From an uncultured Candidatus Saccharibacteria bacterium (GTDB taxonomy: Bacteria > Patescibacteriota > Minisyncoccia > Phycocordibacterales > UBA918): a DNA stretch of 64,000 bases. Position numbers and translations under genes: made by a program. The notes below the pieces were generated by a model. It was not told the DNA's origin and ran no database searches. It was given only the letters and a program-made list of their open reading frames with translations. Location of the stretch: the NCBI GenBank assembly GCA_964350735.1, contig CAYGKO010000001.1, positions 246,578-310,577 on the forward strand, written 5' to 3'. Below, piece by piece: positions 56,437 through 63,860 of the stretch (position 1 is the first letter of the stretch; every line of letters starts with the position of its first letter).

Positions 56437-56931
56437 ATGGAACAAATACTCAGTTGGTTATTTTCTATAGTACTGATTCTTTTCCCTCAGGGAGCTGTTG
56501 AAACTAGTGGCGTAGAACCAATATCTGACTCAGATGTTGCTGCTGTTATAAAAGTTGTTGATGGTGATACGATCGATGTTCGCTATACGAACGGGGAAGA
56601 GCAGCGGGTAAGATACATCGGTATTGATACTCCTGAGCCCTATGCGAACAGTGAACTAGAATGTTATGCGCTCGAAGCGACTGAGGCTAATAAAATTTTG
56701 GTAGAGAATCAAGAGGTGCGCCTAGTGAAAGATGTAGAAAATACTGATCGCTACGGTCGATTACTCCGGTATGTATACATAGACGATGTTTTTGTGAATG
56801 CTGCCTTAGTACAAGATGGGTATGCTACTGCACTGCGTATAAAGCCAAATGTTGCTCAGTATGACTTTTTAAAATCATTGGAACGAGAGGCAGAAAATAG
56901 CGCTATTGGAATGTGGGCGAACTGTCTTTAG
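56437..56931 (+). CDS. Thermonuclease (SNase) family protein
   Basis: VVDGDTI, VRYIGIDTPE, DRYGRLLRYVY, N..LV..GYA, G.W. Confidence 0.95.
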   Translation: MEQILSWLFSIVLILFPQGAVETSGVEPISDSDVAAVIKVVDGDTIDVRYTNGEEQRVRYIGIDTPEPYANSELECYALEATEANKILVENQEVRLVKDVENTDRYGRLLRYVYIDDVFVNAALVQDGYATALRIKPNVAQYDFLKSLEREAENSAIGMWANCL

Positions 56932-56986
56932 ACAAGCGTGAAAACGTGTGTTTAGATAGTAGTAGTGTTACTAAATAATCATCACT

Positions 56987-57625
56987 ATGAAATTTAACCA
57001 AGGACTAGGAGTGGCAGCAATTATTGTGATTATTGCAATTTTAGCTATTGGTGGTGCAGGAGCATATCAGTATAGCCAACAGAGTAAAGTGGCAGCTGAC
57101 GTTAGTGTTGAAATGCAAGAAGAGATGGAGATGGTTGAAGCAACTAAGGTTGAGGTTACAAAAGAGCTGGCAAAACTACAGGCAGACCTTCGAGCGTCTG
57201 CTGGAGTCAACGTAGCTGCGGCATTGGAGACGGTGGCGAAGATCAAGGCAATTCTAGTCACTGCGCAGGCTTCAGTTAGTGCCGAGGCGCAAGCTGAGTT
57301 TGATGACATTGCAGCCCAGGTTACAGAGTTGGAAACAGCTATTACAGGCGGGTCTGAAGCAGCGATTGAAAGTTCAGTCGGCGCACTACTTGGTGAGCTT
57401 GACTCAGCTAGTGCAGATGAAGTAGAAGCCCAAGCTGAGGAAGAGATGGATGCAGAAATGGAGTCTAGTGATACGGATGAAGAAGTGGAAGCAGAAGGTG
57501 AAATGGAGGCCACATCTACTAATACTTCTATAGAATCTGATGCAGCATTAGAAGCAGATATGGATTTGCTGGAAACTGATATGGAAGCATCTATGTCAGC
57601 CGAGTCTGCTGTAATGGCAAACTAA
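56987..57625 (+). CDS. Acidic protein with pilin-like N-terminal leader/TM
   Basis: MKFNQG-LGVAAIIVIIAILAIGG; helical A/E-rich body. Confidence 0.65.
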   Translation: MKFNQGLGVAAIIVIIAILAIGGAGAYQYSQQSKVAADVSVEMQEEMEMVEATKVEVTKELAKLQADLRASAGVNVAAALETVAKIKAILVTAQASVSAEAQAEFDDIAAQVTELETAITGGSEAAIESSVGALLGELDSASADEVEAQAEEEMDAEMESSDTDEEVEAEGEMEATSTNTSIESDAALEADMDLLETDMEASMSAESAVMAN

Positions 57626-57640
57626 CAATCAAAGTAAAAC

Positions 57641-57670
57641 AAAGAACCGCCCTAATAGGGCGGTTTTTGT
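57641..57670. terminator. Bidirectional terminator, probably the ancestral tmRNA terminator
   Basis: AAAGAACCGCCC-TAATA-GGGCGGTTTTT directly beside the displaced GTGGAG core. Confidence 0.75.
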
Positions 57671-57753
57671 ATGTGGAGCAGTTTACTAGAGGTAAAACCT
57701 CTTTGATAGAAATGTAATGTTCAAATTTCTTAAAGATCGTTGATTTGTGGTAA
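57671..57753 (+). repeat. Junction repeat 1 (core plus right arm only, degenerate)
   Basis: ATGTGGAG...AAAACCTCTTTGATAGAAATGTAATGTTCAAATTTCTTAAAGATCGTTGATTTGTGGTAA. Confidence 0.85.
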
Positions 57754-57779
57754 AAGACTTAACACTTTACATATGTTTA

Positions 57780-57799
57780 TACAAAGTATATACTTTGTA
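57780..57799. promoter_or_regulatory. mazEF autoregulatory operator palindrome
   Basis: TACAAAGTATATACTTTGTA perfect palindrome ending 1 nt before the ATG. Confidence 0.75.
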
Positions 57800-57800
57800 C

Positions 57801-58040
57801 ATGAAAACTAAAATCCAAAAATGGGGTAACAGCTTAGGGGTACGCTTGCCCAAAAGTATTACTGAACAAAAATCATTGCGAGCAGGCCTTGGTGTGTCTG
57901 TGGTGATTAAGAATGGTCAAATTGTTATTGAGCCAGCTGAAGAAGATGTTACATTAGAGGCTCTTCTGTCTGATGTCTTAGCAGATAATTTGCACAATGA
58001 AACTGAATGGTCCGATGTACGTGGTAATGAGATATGGTAA
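57801..58040 (+). CDS. mazE: AbrB/MazE antitoxin
   Basis: KIQKWGNSLGVRLPK, TLEALL, H.E.EW...GNEIW. Confidence 0.95.
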   Translation: MKTKIQKWGNSLGVRLPKSITEQKSLRAGLGVSVVIKNGQIVIEPAEEDVTLEALLSDVLADNLHNETEWSDVRGNEIW

Positions 58041-58378
58041 ATAAACAATATGTTCCAGATACAGGCGACTTAGTATGGGTTGATTTCAATCCAGCTAAGG
58101 GTAGAGAACAGGCAAAAGTGCGACCTGCTATTGTGATTTCTCCCAAAAATTACAATCAAAAGACCAATCTAGCTATTATGTGCCCAATCACTTCAGTACA
58201 AAAAGGATATCCGTTTGAGGTTGAGGTTAAAGATAAAAAAGTGGCTGGTGTTATTTTATCTGACCACGTTAGATCACTAGACTGGAAAGCGAGAAATGTA
58301 AAACATATTGCCAAAGCAAAACCATCTGTGCTTTCTGAAGTGCAAACAAAACTTCTTTTGTTACTGAAAGCTAAATAA
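58034..58378 (+). CDS. mazF: MazF/PemK endoribonuclease toxin
   Basis: YVPD.GDLVWVDFNP..G.EQ...RPAIVISP..YN, CPITS..KGYPFEV, D.VRSLDW.AR. Confidence 0.96.
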   Translation: MVNKQYVPDTGDLVWVDFNPAKGREQAKVRPAIVISPKNYNQKTNLAIMCPITSVQKGYPFEVEVKDKKVAGVILSDHVRSLDWKARNVKHIAKAKPSVLSEVQTKLLLLLKAK

Positions 58379-58400
58379 AAAGACTTACCCGAAAGTAAGT

Positions 58401-58556
58401 TTTCTATTCTTCCATGTCTGGTGGAAGACTTTGCACCAAGTTGACCAAGTTTTTAATGACCTAAGGGAATATAAAAACGGAAATACCCTGGTGGTGAAAA
58501 CCTCTTTGATTGAAATGGAGTGCCCCAGTTTTCTGAAGATTGTTGATTTGTGGTGA
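58401..58556 (+). repeat. Junction repeat 2 (left arm, core, right arm with a 54-bp in-frame insert)
   Basis: TTCCATGTCTGGTGGAAGACTTTGCACCAAGTT...AAAACCTCTTTGATTGAAATGGAGTG...ATTGTTGATTTGTGGTGA. Confidence 0.88.
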
Positions 58557-58613
58557 ATAAAAATAATCCCCGACGCAGAACGCCGAGGATTAAGGTTGAT
58601 GTCGCCTGTCCGT

Positions 58614-59807
58614 TTAGTGCGGATTCAGTGACGAAAGGTGTGCTCCGCCCAGAAACTTGGACTGAACCGTCACCTCGTTTTCGGGAGATGCGGTGGTCCG
58701 TCCAATCACATGTGGATCATGTCCGTCTGCTCTTGCTTCACTCACCACTCGCTCAACGTCACTTTCGGAACAGATGATCATCAGACCACAACCGCCGTGG
58801 AAGGTGCCATGACATTCGAAGTCGGTCATCGGACTACCCGTCTTGCTGGCGAGTTGCTGAGCTTCCAGGAGTAATGGCGCCGGTTCAGGCATTGAGTCAA
58901 GGATAGCACCAACACCTTCAGGCAAGATCTCCACGAGTTTGCTCCAGATGCCGCCACCTGTGATGTGGGCGACGCCGCGAAGTTCAGCCAGTGGGGTGTT
59001 GAGTGTGCCATCAAGTTGCCAGCCGTTGAGGCGGGCGATTGTACCAGCGTAGCTCTGCGAGGGAATCACCAGTTTCTCGATAAAGGCCCGTGCATCAGGA
59101 TTGCCCATGATGGTGTTCACATCGGATCCCCAAGTATCGAGAATGATGTTGGTGAACTTGGTTCCACCATTGCAGCGGTACCCCTTGTCCCTGAACCCAA
59201 CAATCACCATGCCTGGTGTGACGGTTGCGCCACTCGGCTCCTTGCTCTTTGACGCCAAGCCAAGACAGGTCGCGCCCCACGTCAAGATCAGCTGGCTTGG
59301 GTCACCAGTATCACAAAACGCGGTGATGCTGTGTTTCATGACTGCGGTTTCGCCGGTCATCAGGACAAGGTTGGACGAACCAAGAGCGTCGCTAAATCCT
59401 GTGATGAGTGCTTCGCACAGCGGCCAGTTCTCGTTGGTAATGCCTTTCATGTCGATGTTACTCGACAGCATCAGTACAGGGAGTCCACCACGACACGCCA
59501 GATCGTCGGCATTCATGGTAATGACCTCCCAGCCAATACCACGAAATGCCTCTGGTGTATTGGCGAGCGTGAAGAACTGTGGCTTTCCGCCAGCTCCGTC
59601 GCTTTGCGCCACTTCGTATATTTCGCCACGAAGCATTGCTTCAAGTACCAGACGGTTCCAGGTAAACCCGTCCATGGCACGCATGCCACCACCACCACGT
59701 TCGATGGTGATGGCGGTTGAGTTTTTGAAACTGCCGACGCAGATTTTGCGGGCAAGTTCGGAGAACCGGTCGCCCGGTGCAACGATTTGAGTATGATAGT
59801 CGTCCAT
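58614..59807 (-). CDS. PurM-like (AIR synthase-related) protein, divergent
   Basis: DG.G.K, MN.DDL...G..P, GETA, NG.T, AHITGGG, TF..G.GL; GC-richer than its flanks; SD AGAGGT. Confidence 0.8.
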   Translation of the reverse strand: MDDYHTQIVAPGDRFSELARKICVGSFKNSTAITIERGGGGMRAMDGFTWNRLVLEAMLRGEIYEVAQSDGAGGKPQFFTLANTPEAFRGIGWEVITMNADDLACRGGLPVLMLSSNIDMKGITNENWPLCEALITGFSDALGSSNLVLMTGETAVMKHSITAFCDTGDPSQLILTWGATCLGLASKSKEPSGATVTPGMVIVGFRDKGYRCNGGTKFTNIILDTWGSDVNTIMGNPDARAFIEKLVIPSQSYAGTIARLNGWQLDGTLNTPLAELRGVAHITGGGIWSKLVEILPEGVGAILDSMPEPAPLLLEAQQLASKTGSPMTDFECHGTFHGGCGLMIICSESDVERVVSEARADGHDPHVIGRTTASPENEVTVQSKFLGGAHLSSLNPH

Positions 59808-59904
59808 CGGGACACCTCTCTGTAAAGATCAAAAGATCTGGTTAATATCAGTCGATACTATGCTGTTTAAACCGAAATAATGCAAGAGAAAACTAGGTTT
59901 CTTC

Positions 59905-60024
59905 AAACTTCCATATTCTTCTATATATTTCCATGTCTGGTGGAAATCTTTGAACCAAGTTAAAACCTCTTTGATTGAAATGGAGTGTTCAAATTTCCTT
60001 AAAATTGTTGATTGGTGTAATTAG
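59905..60024 (+). repeat. Junction repeat 3 (complete left arm, core, right arm)
   Basis: AAACTTCCATATTCTTCTATATATTTCCATGTCTGGTGGAAATCTTTGAACCAAGTTAAAACCTCTTTGATTGAAATGGAGTGTTCAAATTTCCTTAAAATTGTTGATTGG. Confidence 0.9.
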
Positions 60025-60042
60025 TCTACTATAGTTTTTCTG

Positions 60043-60459
60043 CTATTTAATTTTTCCTCCCTGCCACTCAGCCACAGTAGGAGCCTTGTCATATTTCATT
60101 TGGTTCAAAACAATCACATTCATCTTATCTTCCATGAACTGGCAAAGCGGAATGAGTCTCTCAACACATTCGTTACCTAGCTTGGTTAAAGAGTATTCTA
60201 CTTTCGGTGGAATTAATTTATAATCCCGTCTTTGTAGCAAGCCGTCTCGCTCTAGATTACGCAGAGTTTGCGAAAGCATTCTATCTGATACACCTTGTAT
60301 GGATTTCTTTATGTTTCCAAAACGCATGGTTGGGTTATTTTTGAGCAGTCTCAAAACAGTTAATCCCCAAAGACTTGAAATACTTTTACTGATATCCCTG
60401 CTGGGACAACGTTGGTTATAGAGGTCGCCTTGACGAGGTAGTTCCTTAGGTAATTGCAT
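60043..60459 (-). CDS. HxlR family winged-helix transcriptional regulator
   Basis: CPSR, W...VL..L, RF, GVSDRMLSQTLR.LE.DGL..R, PPKVEYSLT.LG. Confidence 0.95.
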   Translation of the reverse strand: MQLPKELPRQGDLYNQRCPSRDISKSISSLWGLTVLRLLKNNPTMRFGNIKKSIQGVSDRMLSQTLRNLERDGLLQRRDYKLIPPKVEYSLTKLGNECVERLIPLCQFMEDKMNVIVLNQMKYDKAPTVAEWQGGKIK

Positions 60460-60548
60460 AATCCGATACTTACTTTTTTGTTAGTACTTGTTAAATATGA
60501 TTCACTAATTTAAAGTTAGTGTATATCAAATAAACACAAAAGGAAACT

Positions 60549-60932
60549 ATGAAAATCTACGATTCAACATATTACAGTTTTGAACTGGACAATAACTATA
60601 TGATTTTTCACTGGAAAGACAGTACCGACCAGATGAGCTTACAGGATTTTAAAGATGCATTGATGAATTTTGGTGGATTTGTAATTGAGCACCAGACACC
60701 AAAGCTTCTCGTTTTTACGGAAAACTTTAAGTTCAAGACACCAGAAGAAGGACACGAATGGCGTAAAAATGAATATAACCAACGAATCAAAAAAGTTGGA
60801 AATGTGAAGCAAGCTCTCATCATGAAGGAAGAATTTTTACAATATGTTGAGGACGAAATTGATAGTGTGGTACCAGTTAGATATTTCTCGAGCGAAAGCG
60901 AAGCAAGAGCTTGGTTAGATAGTTCTGAGTAG
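60549..60932 (+). CDS. STAS/SEC14 (SpoIIAA-like) domain protein
   Basis: 127 aa ending RYFSSESEARAWL; divergent from hxlR. Confidence 0.6.
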   Translation: MKIYDSTYYSFELDNNYMIFHWKDSTDQMSLQDFKDALMNFGGFVIEHQTPKLLVFTENFKFKTPEEGHEWRKNEYNQRIKKVGNVKQALIMKEEFLQYVEDEIDSVVPVRYFSSESEARAWLDSSE

Positions 60933-60972
60933 TATACAGATCACATACGCACGTTATGTCTCAGTAGATTTT

Positions 60973-61000
60973 AAAAAAGCACCCAATTGGGAGCTTTTTT
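60973..61000. terminator. Bidirectional terminator currently serving tmRNA
   Basis: AAAAAAGCACCC-AATT-GGGAGCTTTTTT. Confidence 0.75.
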
Positions 61001-61033
61001 AAACTTTCATATATTTCTACATACTTCTATGTC

Positions 61034-61426
61034 GGTGGAGATGGCGGGAGTTGAACCCGCGTCCGAATCAGGATTCCAAATGTGAGTCTACAGTGCGTAG
61101 ACGCTTCTTTGATTTAAAACTAGTAGCTATAGAAGTGACAAAACACTACTGGTTCGAGTTCGTACAATCTCGATCTGCTACGTGAACGGCGTAATAGTAT
61201 CCAGTCTCGTGTTTATTCTACCCAATCAGCCGTATGAGACGTTTAACTGATGAGCATCGCATCGGCGAGCGGATGGTTACGCTACAGCGGGTGCGAATCC
61301 GAACGCGTTAGCGTACGGACTTGGTATTGCTTTGTTTGCAAATACGGGTGGAACCTTTTAACGAATTGATTCCAATTTCGACACTGCACACAATGGGCAC
61401 GCTAACCGTCGATGCCTGGCATCCCC
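61034..61426 (-). ncRNA. ssrA: tmRNA; predicted tag ANKAIPSPYANAFGFAPAVA* (61339-61277)
   Basis: 5' GGGGATG..GGCATCGAC; 3' GGACGCGGGTTCAACTCCCGCCATCTCCACC with G3.U70 pair; tag ORF ending AVA; smpB upstream on the same strand. Confidence 0.96.
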
Positions 61427-61523
61427 GGAAAGTTTTTAAAGTATTTAAAAACTTTCCGGGAAGGGTGTGATTTTTCTGTTAAAGAATAAAAGGGTGAGTG
61501 GGGTGGTGGTTAGGCCGCCCCAC

Positions 61524-61730
61524 TTATTTTCGCCTCTTTGTTTCTGATTTCAGAAACTCCGCGCCACGGATGCTGTCTTCATGTTTTTGGCAGCAATATA
61601 TTTTCCGTGCAAGAGTAGCCATTTTAAGAACGCTGCGGGCGAGGACGTTTCGCTTCTCTTTTTGCTGTCGCACGAAGTCTGCTTCGCACATGAGGCAAAT
61701 ACAGTCAGGCTCGCAAGTTTCTACTTTCAT
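61524..61730 (-). CDS. Small hypothetical Cys-rich basic protein
   Basis: 68 aa, C...C.C..C cluster, purine-rich RBS, hairpin downstream. Confidence 0.45.
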   Translation of the reverse strand: MKVETCEPDCICLMCEADFVRQQKEKRNVLARSVLKMATLARKIYCCQKHEDSIRGAEFLKSETKRRK

Positions 61731-61790
61731 TATTCTTTCCCCTTAGAGCTGAGCAAATTGTAATATATCACACCTGTGATTTTTATAGAA

Positions 61791-62014
61791 AATAATAAGT
61801 AACTCAAAGCTGGTGCGGAATTCTTTTGAAAGGCTGTTCCGCTTCAGCCTGAAAGATCAGTCGCCTATTGGGGCCTGTTGATTGGAGCCGTGCTGTCCAG
61901 TGTAATCTGGAGGAGTTCCTCTTGGACGCTTGCCGTCACCATCATCGGCTGGCAGTTTCTGCTGTTCAGACATTTTGTCCTCCCTTTGTGACCAGCTTTG
62001 AGTTACTTATTATT
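61791..62014. mobile_element. 224-bp element bounded by perfect 24-bp inverted repeats, carrying a small ORF
   Basis: AATAATAAGTAACTCAAAGCTGGT (61791-814) / ACCAGCTTTGAGTTACTTATTATT (61991-62014). Confidence 0.6.
61857..61973 (-). CDS. Putative 38-aa peptide (MSEQQKLPADDGDGKRPRGTPPDYTGQHGSNQQAPIGD)
   Basis: Strong SD AAAGGGAGG 5 nt before the ATG; hairpin GGCTG..CAGCC-TTT after the stop. Confidence 0.55.
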   Translation of the reverse strand: MSEQQKLPADDGDGKRPRGTPPDYTGQHGSNQQAPIGD

Positions 62015-62456
62015 GATTTTTCAAGATACGGTCGATGTCGCGTTTGGTGTCGCGCTCTTTGAGGGTTTCGCGCTTGTCAGTCTTTTTCTTTCCGCGCGCC
62101 ACGGCTATTTCTAGCTTGATATTTCTGCCCGCATTATACAATCGAATTGGGACTATTGTCAAACCAGCTTGGTGTGACTGCACGTCGAGCTCGGACAGCT
62201 CTTTTTTTGACAAGAGGAGCTTGCGCGGCTGCAGGACATCGTGACCTTTGGGGGTGTTGGCTTCTTGGTAGTGCGTGATGGTGGCACCTTTCAGCCATGC
62301 TTCGCCGTTTAGGATAGAGATGTATGAGCCGATGAGTGAACCATGACCTTGGCGCACGGCTTTCACCTCATGGCCCGCGAGCACGATGCCAGCCTCATAT
62401 TTTTCAATGAGTTCAAAGTCAAAACGAACGCGTTTGTTGTTGATGTAGGTAGTCAT
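62010..62456 (-). CDS. smpB: SsrA-binding protein
   Basis: NKR..FD, EAGI.L.G.EVK, RKLLL.K.E, G.TIVP, ARGKK..DKRE. Confidence 0.97.
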   Translation of the reverse strand: MTTYINNKRVRFDFELIEKYEAGIVLAGHEVKAVRQGHGSLIGSYISILNGEAWLKGATITHYQEANTPKGHDVLQPRKLLLSKKELSELDVQSHQAGLTIVPIRLYNAGRNIKLEIAVARGKKKTDKRETLKERDTKRDIDRILKNQ

Positions 62457-62458
62457 AT

Positions 62459-62893
62459 TTAATCAATCCAACCGTAGCCCCAGTGTGAACCAACTGTACG
62501 GCTGACACCATTGTTACCTAGGTATTCTACGCCAAGATACATAATGTATCCAAGGGCTGGGCCGAGTGGGCCAGTCTCACCAATGTCAGCTCGGAAGGCA
62601 GCGTTCACGTCGTGCTGACGCTCGAGGCTCCCTCCCGCCCAGTAGGCGATATCGTGGGTGCGACACGCGGCTTCAAAGTCATGGAAGAACAAGGCGTCGG
62701 GCCAGAGGGTGCAGCCGTCGCGGGTGAACGCCAGGTCGGGAGTCGGTAGGTTTTCTTCGTCGAGGTACTGGGCAGCTGCTTCGATGTCGGCCGGGGTCGT
62801 GACTGTCGGGATGAATAAGTCCACCGCAAAATGCGCTACATATATAGTAACAATCAGGAGTGGCGGGTATACATACCAACGGAGCTTGAGCAT
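62459..62893 (-). CDS. Membrane-anchored prokaryotic phospholipase A2-like protein
   Basis: FT.DGC..WPD, C..HD.AY..GG, MY.GV, WGYGW; start uncertain (62893 or 62929). Confidence 0.55.
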   Translation of the reverse strand: MLKLRWYVYPPLLIVTIYVAHFAVDLFIPTVTTPADIEAAAQYLDEENLPTPDLAFTRDGCTLWPDALFFHDFEAACRTHDIAYWAGGSLERQHDVNAAFRADIGETGPLGPALGYIMYLGVEYLGNNGVSRTVGSHWGYGWID

Positions 62894-62928
62894 AGCAAAT
62901 ACTATAAGTGGTGCGGTATGATAACGCA

Positions 62929-63834
62929 ATGATTTTAGAAGGAAACACGAGCGTCGTCGACGCCATTAAAGAAAAGAAGCGTCTGATGGAGGCGGGGGAG
63001 GCTCATGAACACATCAAACCGCTTTTGATTGTGGACGGTGGATTAATGAAGGGCGCTTATGGTGTGGGTGCCGGATTGGTGTTTGAGGAAGAGGGTTACA
63101 CAAAGACGTTCTCAAATGTAGTTGGTGTTTCTTCTGGTGCAGCGTCGGGCGCTTACTTTGTCGGAGGTAATGTATCGGTTGGTGCGACATTGATTTATGA
63201 AGAATGCTGCAGTTCAGACTTTATGAACCTGCGTACTTTTTCTGCTAATACCGAATTTGTCACAGACGTTTTAAAAGGTAAGACTGGAAAAGCAGTACTG
63301 CCTGAAAAAATATTTGCTTCAGATACTAATTTTTATGTTGGTGTATCTGAATACGAGACTGCTATTCCAAAACTAATTCAGCCACAAACTGAAGCGGATT
63401 TGTTTGACTCGCTACATGCTTCAATCTTAATGCCAACAATGTCGACGTATAGGTTGTGTATGAAGGGGGTCCGTTATGTAGACGGAGGTTTTTCAGCACC
63501 TCATATTATTGAACTTGCAGTGGAGAGTATTCCAGCAACTCATGTTTTAATTCTGACTAATCAAAATCATTTTGATAAAGGAGTGTCAATTTTGGAACAT
63601 ATCATGATTGAAACTTTTATGCGGTTTCGTATGAATAAACGTTTACGCTATGTTGCCCACAGAAGGAAAGGTGAGAGATTTAAGGCGTTGAATAAAATAG
63701 GAAAGATGACGAATGCTGCAGTGGCAACAGTGTGGGGAGACGGATCGATTGAAGGCTTAGAAAGAGATTCAAAGAAAGTGAAATCTGTAGTAGATAGGTC
63801 AAAAGTGTGGTGGCAGGAATTACTCGCAAAATAA
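62929..63834 (+). CDS. Patatin-like phospholipase
   Basis: DGG.MKG.YG.G, GVSSG nucleophile elbow, AS..MP, YVDGG. Confidence 0.88.
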   Translation: MILEGNTSVVDAIKEKKRLMEAGEAHEHIKPLLIVDGGLMKGAYGVGAGLVFEEEGYTKTFSNVVGVSSGAASGAYFVGGNVSVGATLIYEECCSSDFMNLRTFSANTEFVTDVLKGKTGKAVLPEKIFASDTNFYVGVSEYETAIPKLIQPQTEADLFDSLHASILMPTMSTYRLCMKGVRYVDGGFSAPHIIELAVESIPATHVLILTNQNHFDKGVSILEHIMIETFMRFRMNKRLRYVAHRRKGERFKALNKIGKMTNAAVATVWGDGSIEGLERDSKKVKSVVDRSKVWWQELLAK

Positions 63835-63860
63835 GGCTAGTTCTGTATAATGGCGCCACT

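Larger units (their letters stand above)
57671..61040. mobile_element. Tandem array of three integrase-less cassettes at the tmRNA 3' end
   Basis: Junction repeats at about 57671-57753, 58401-58556, 59905-60024 and 61001-61040, each centred on (G)GTGGA, the reverse complement of the tmRNA 3' end. Confidence 0.8.

Noticed and set aside
57671-61040. CRISPR array or integron attC array as the explanation for the repeats
   Set aside because: Spacing is 0.7-1.5 kb with whole genes between repeats, the repeats are not palindromic attC-like sites, and no cas or intI gene is seen; the core matches the tmRNA end instead.
61034-61070. tRNA gene
   Set aside because: The T-arm and acceptor end pair with a 5' end about 390 nt away and enclose a tag ORF, so this is tmRNA.
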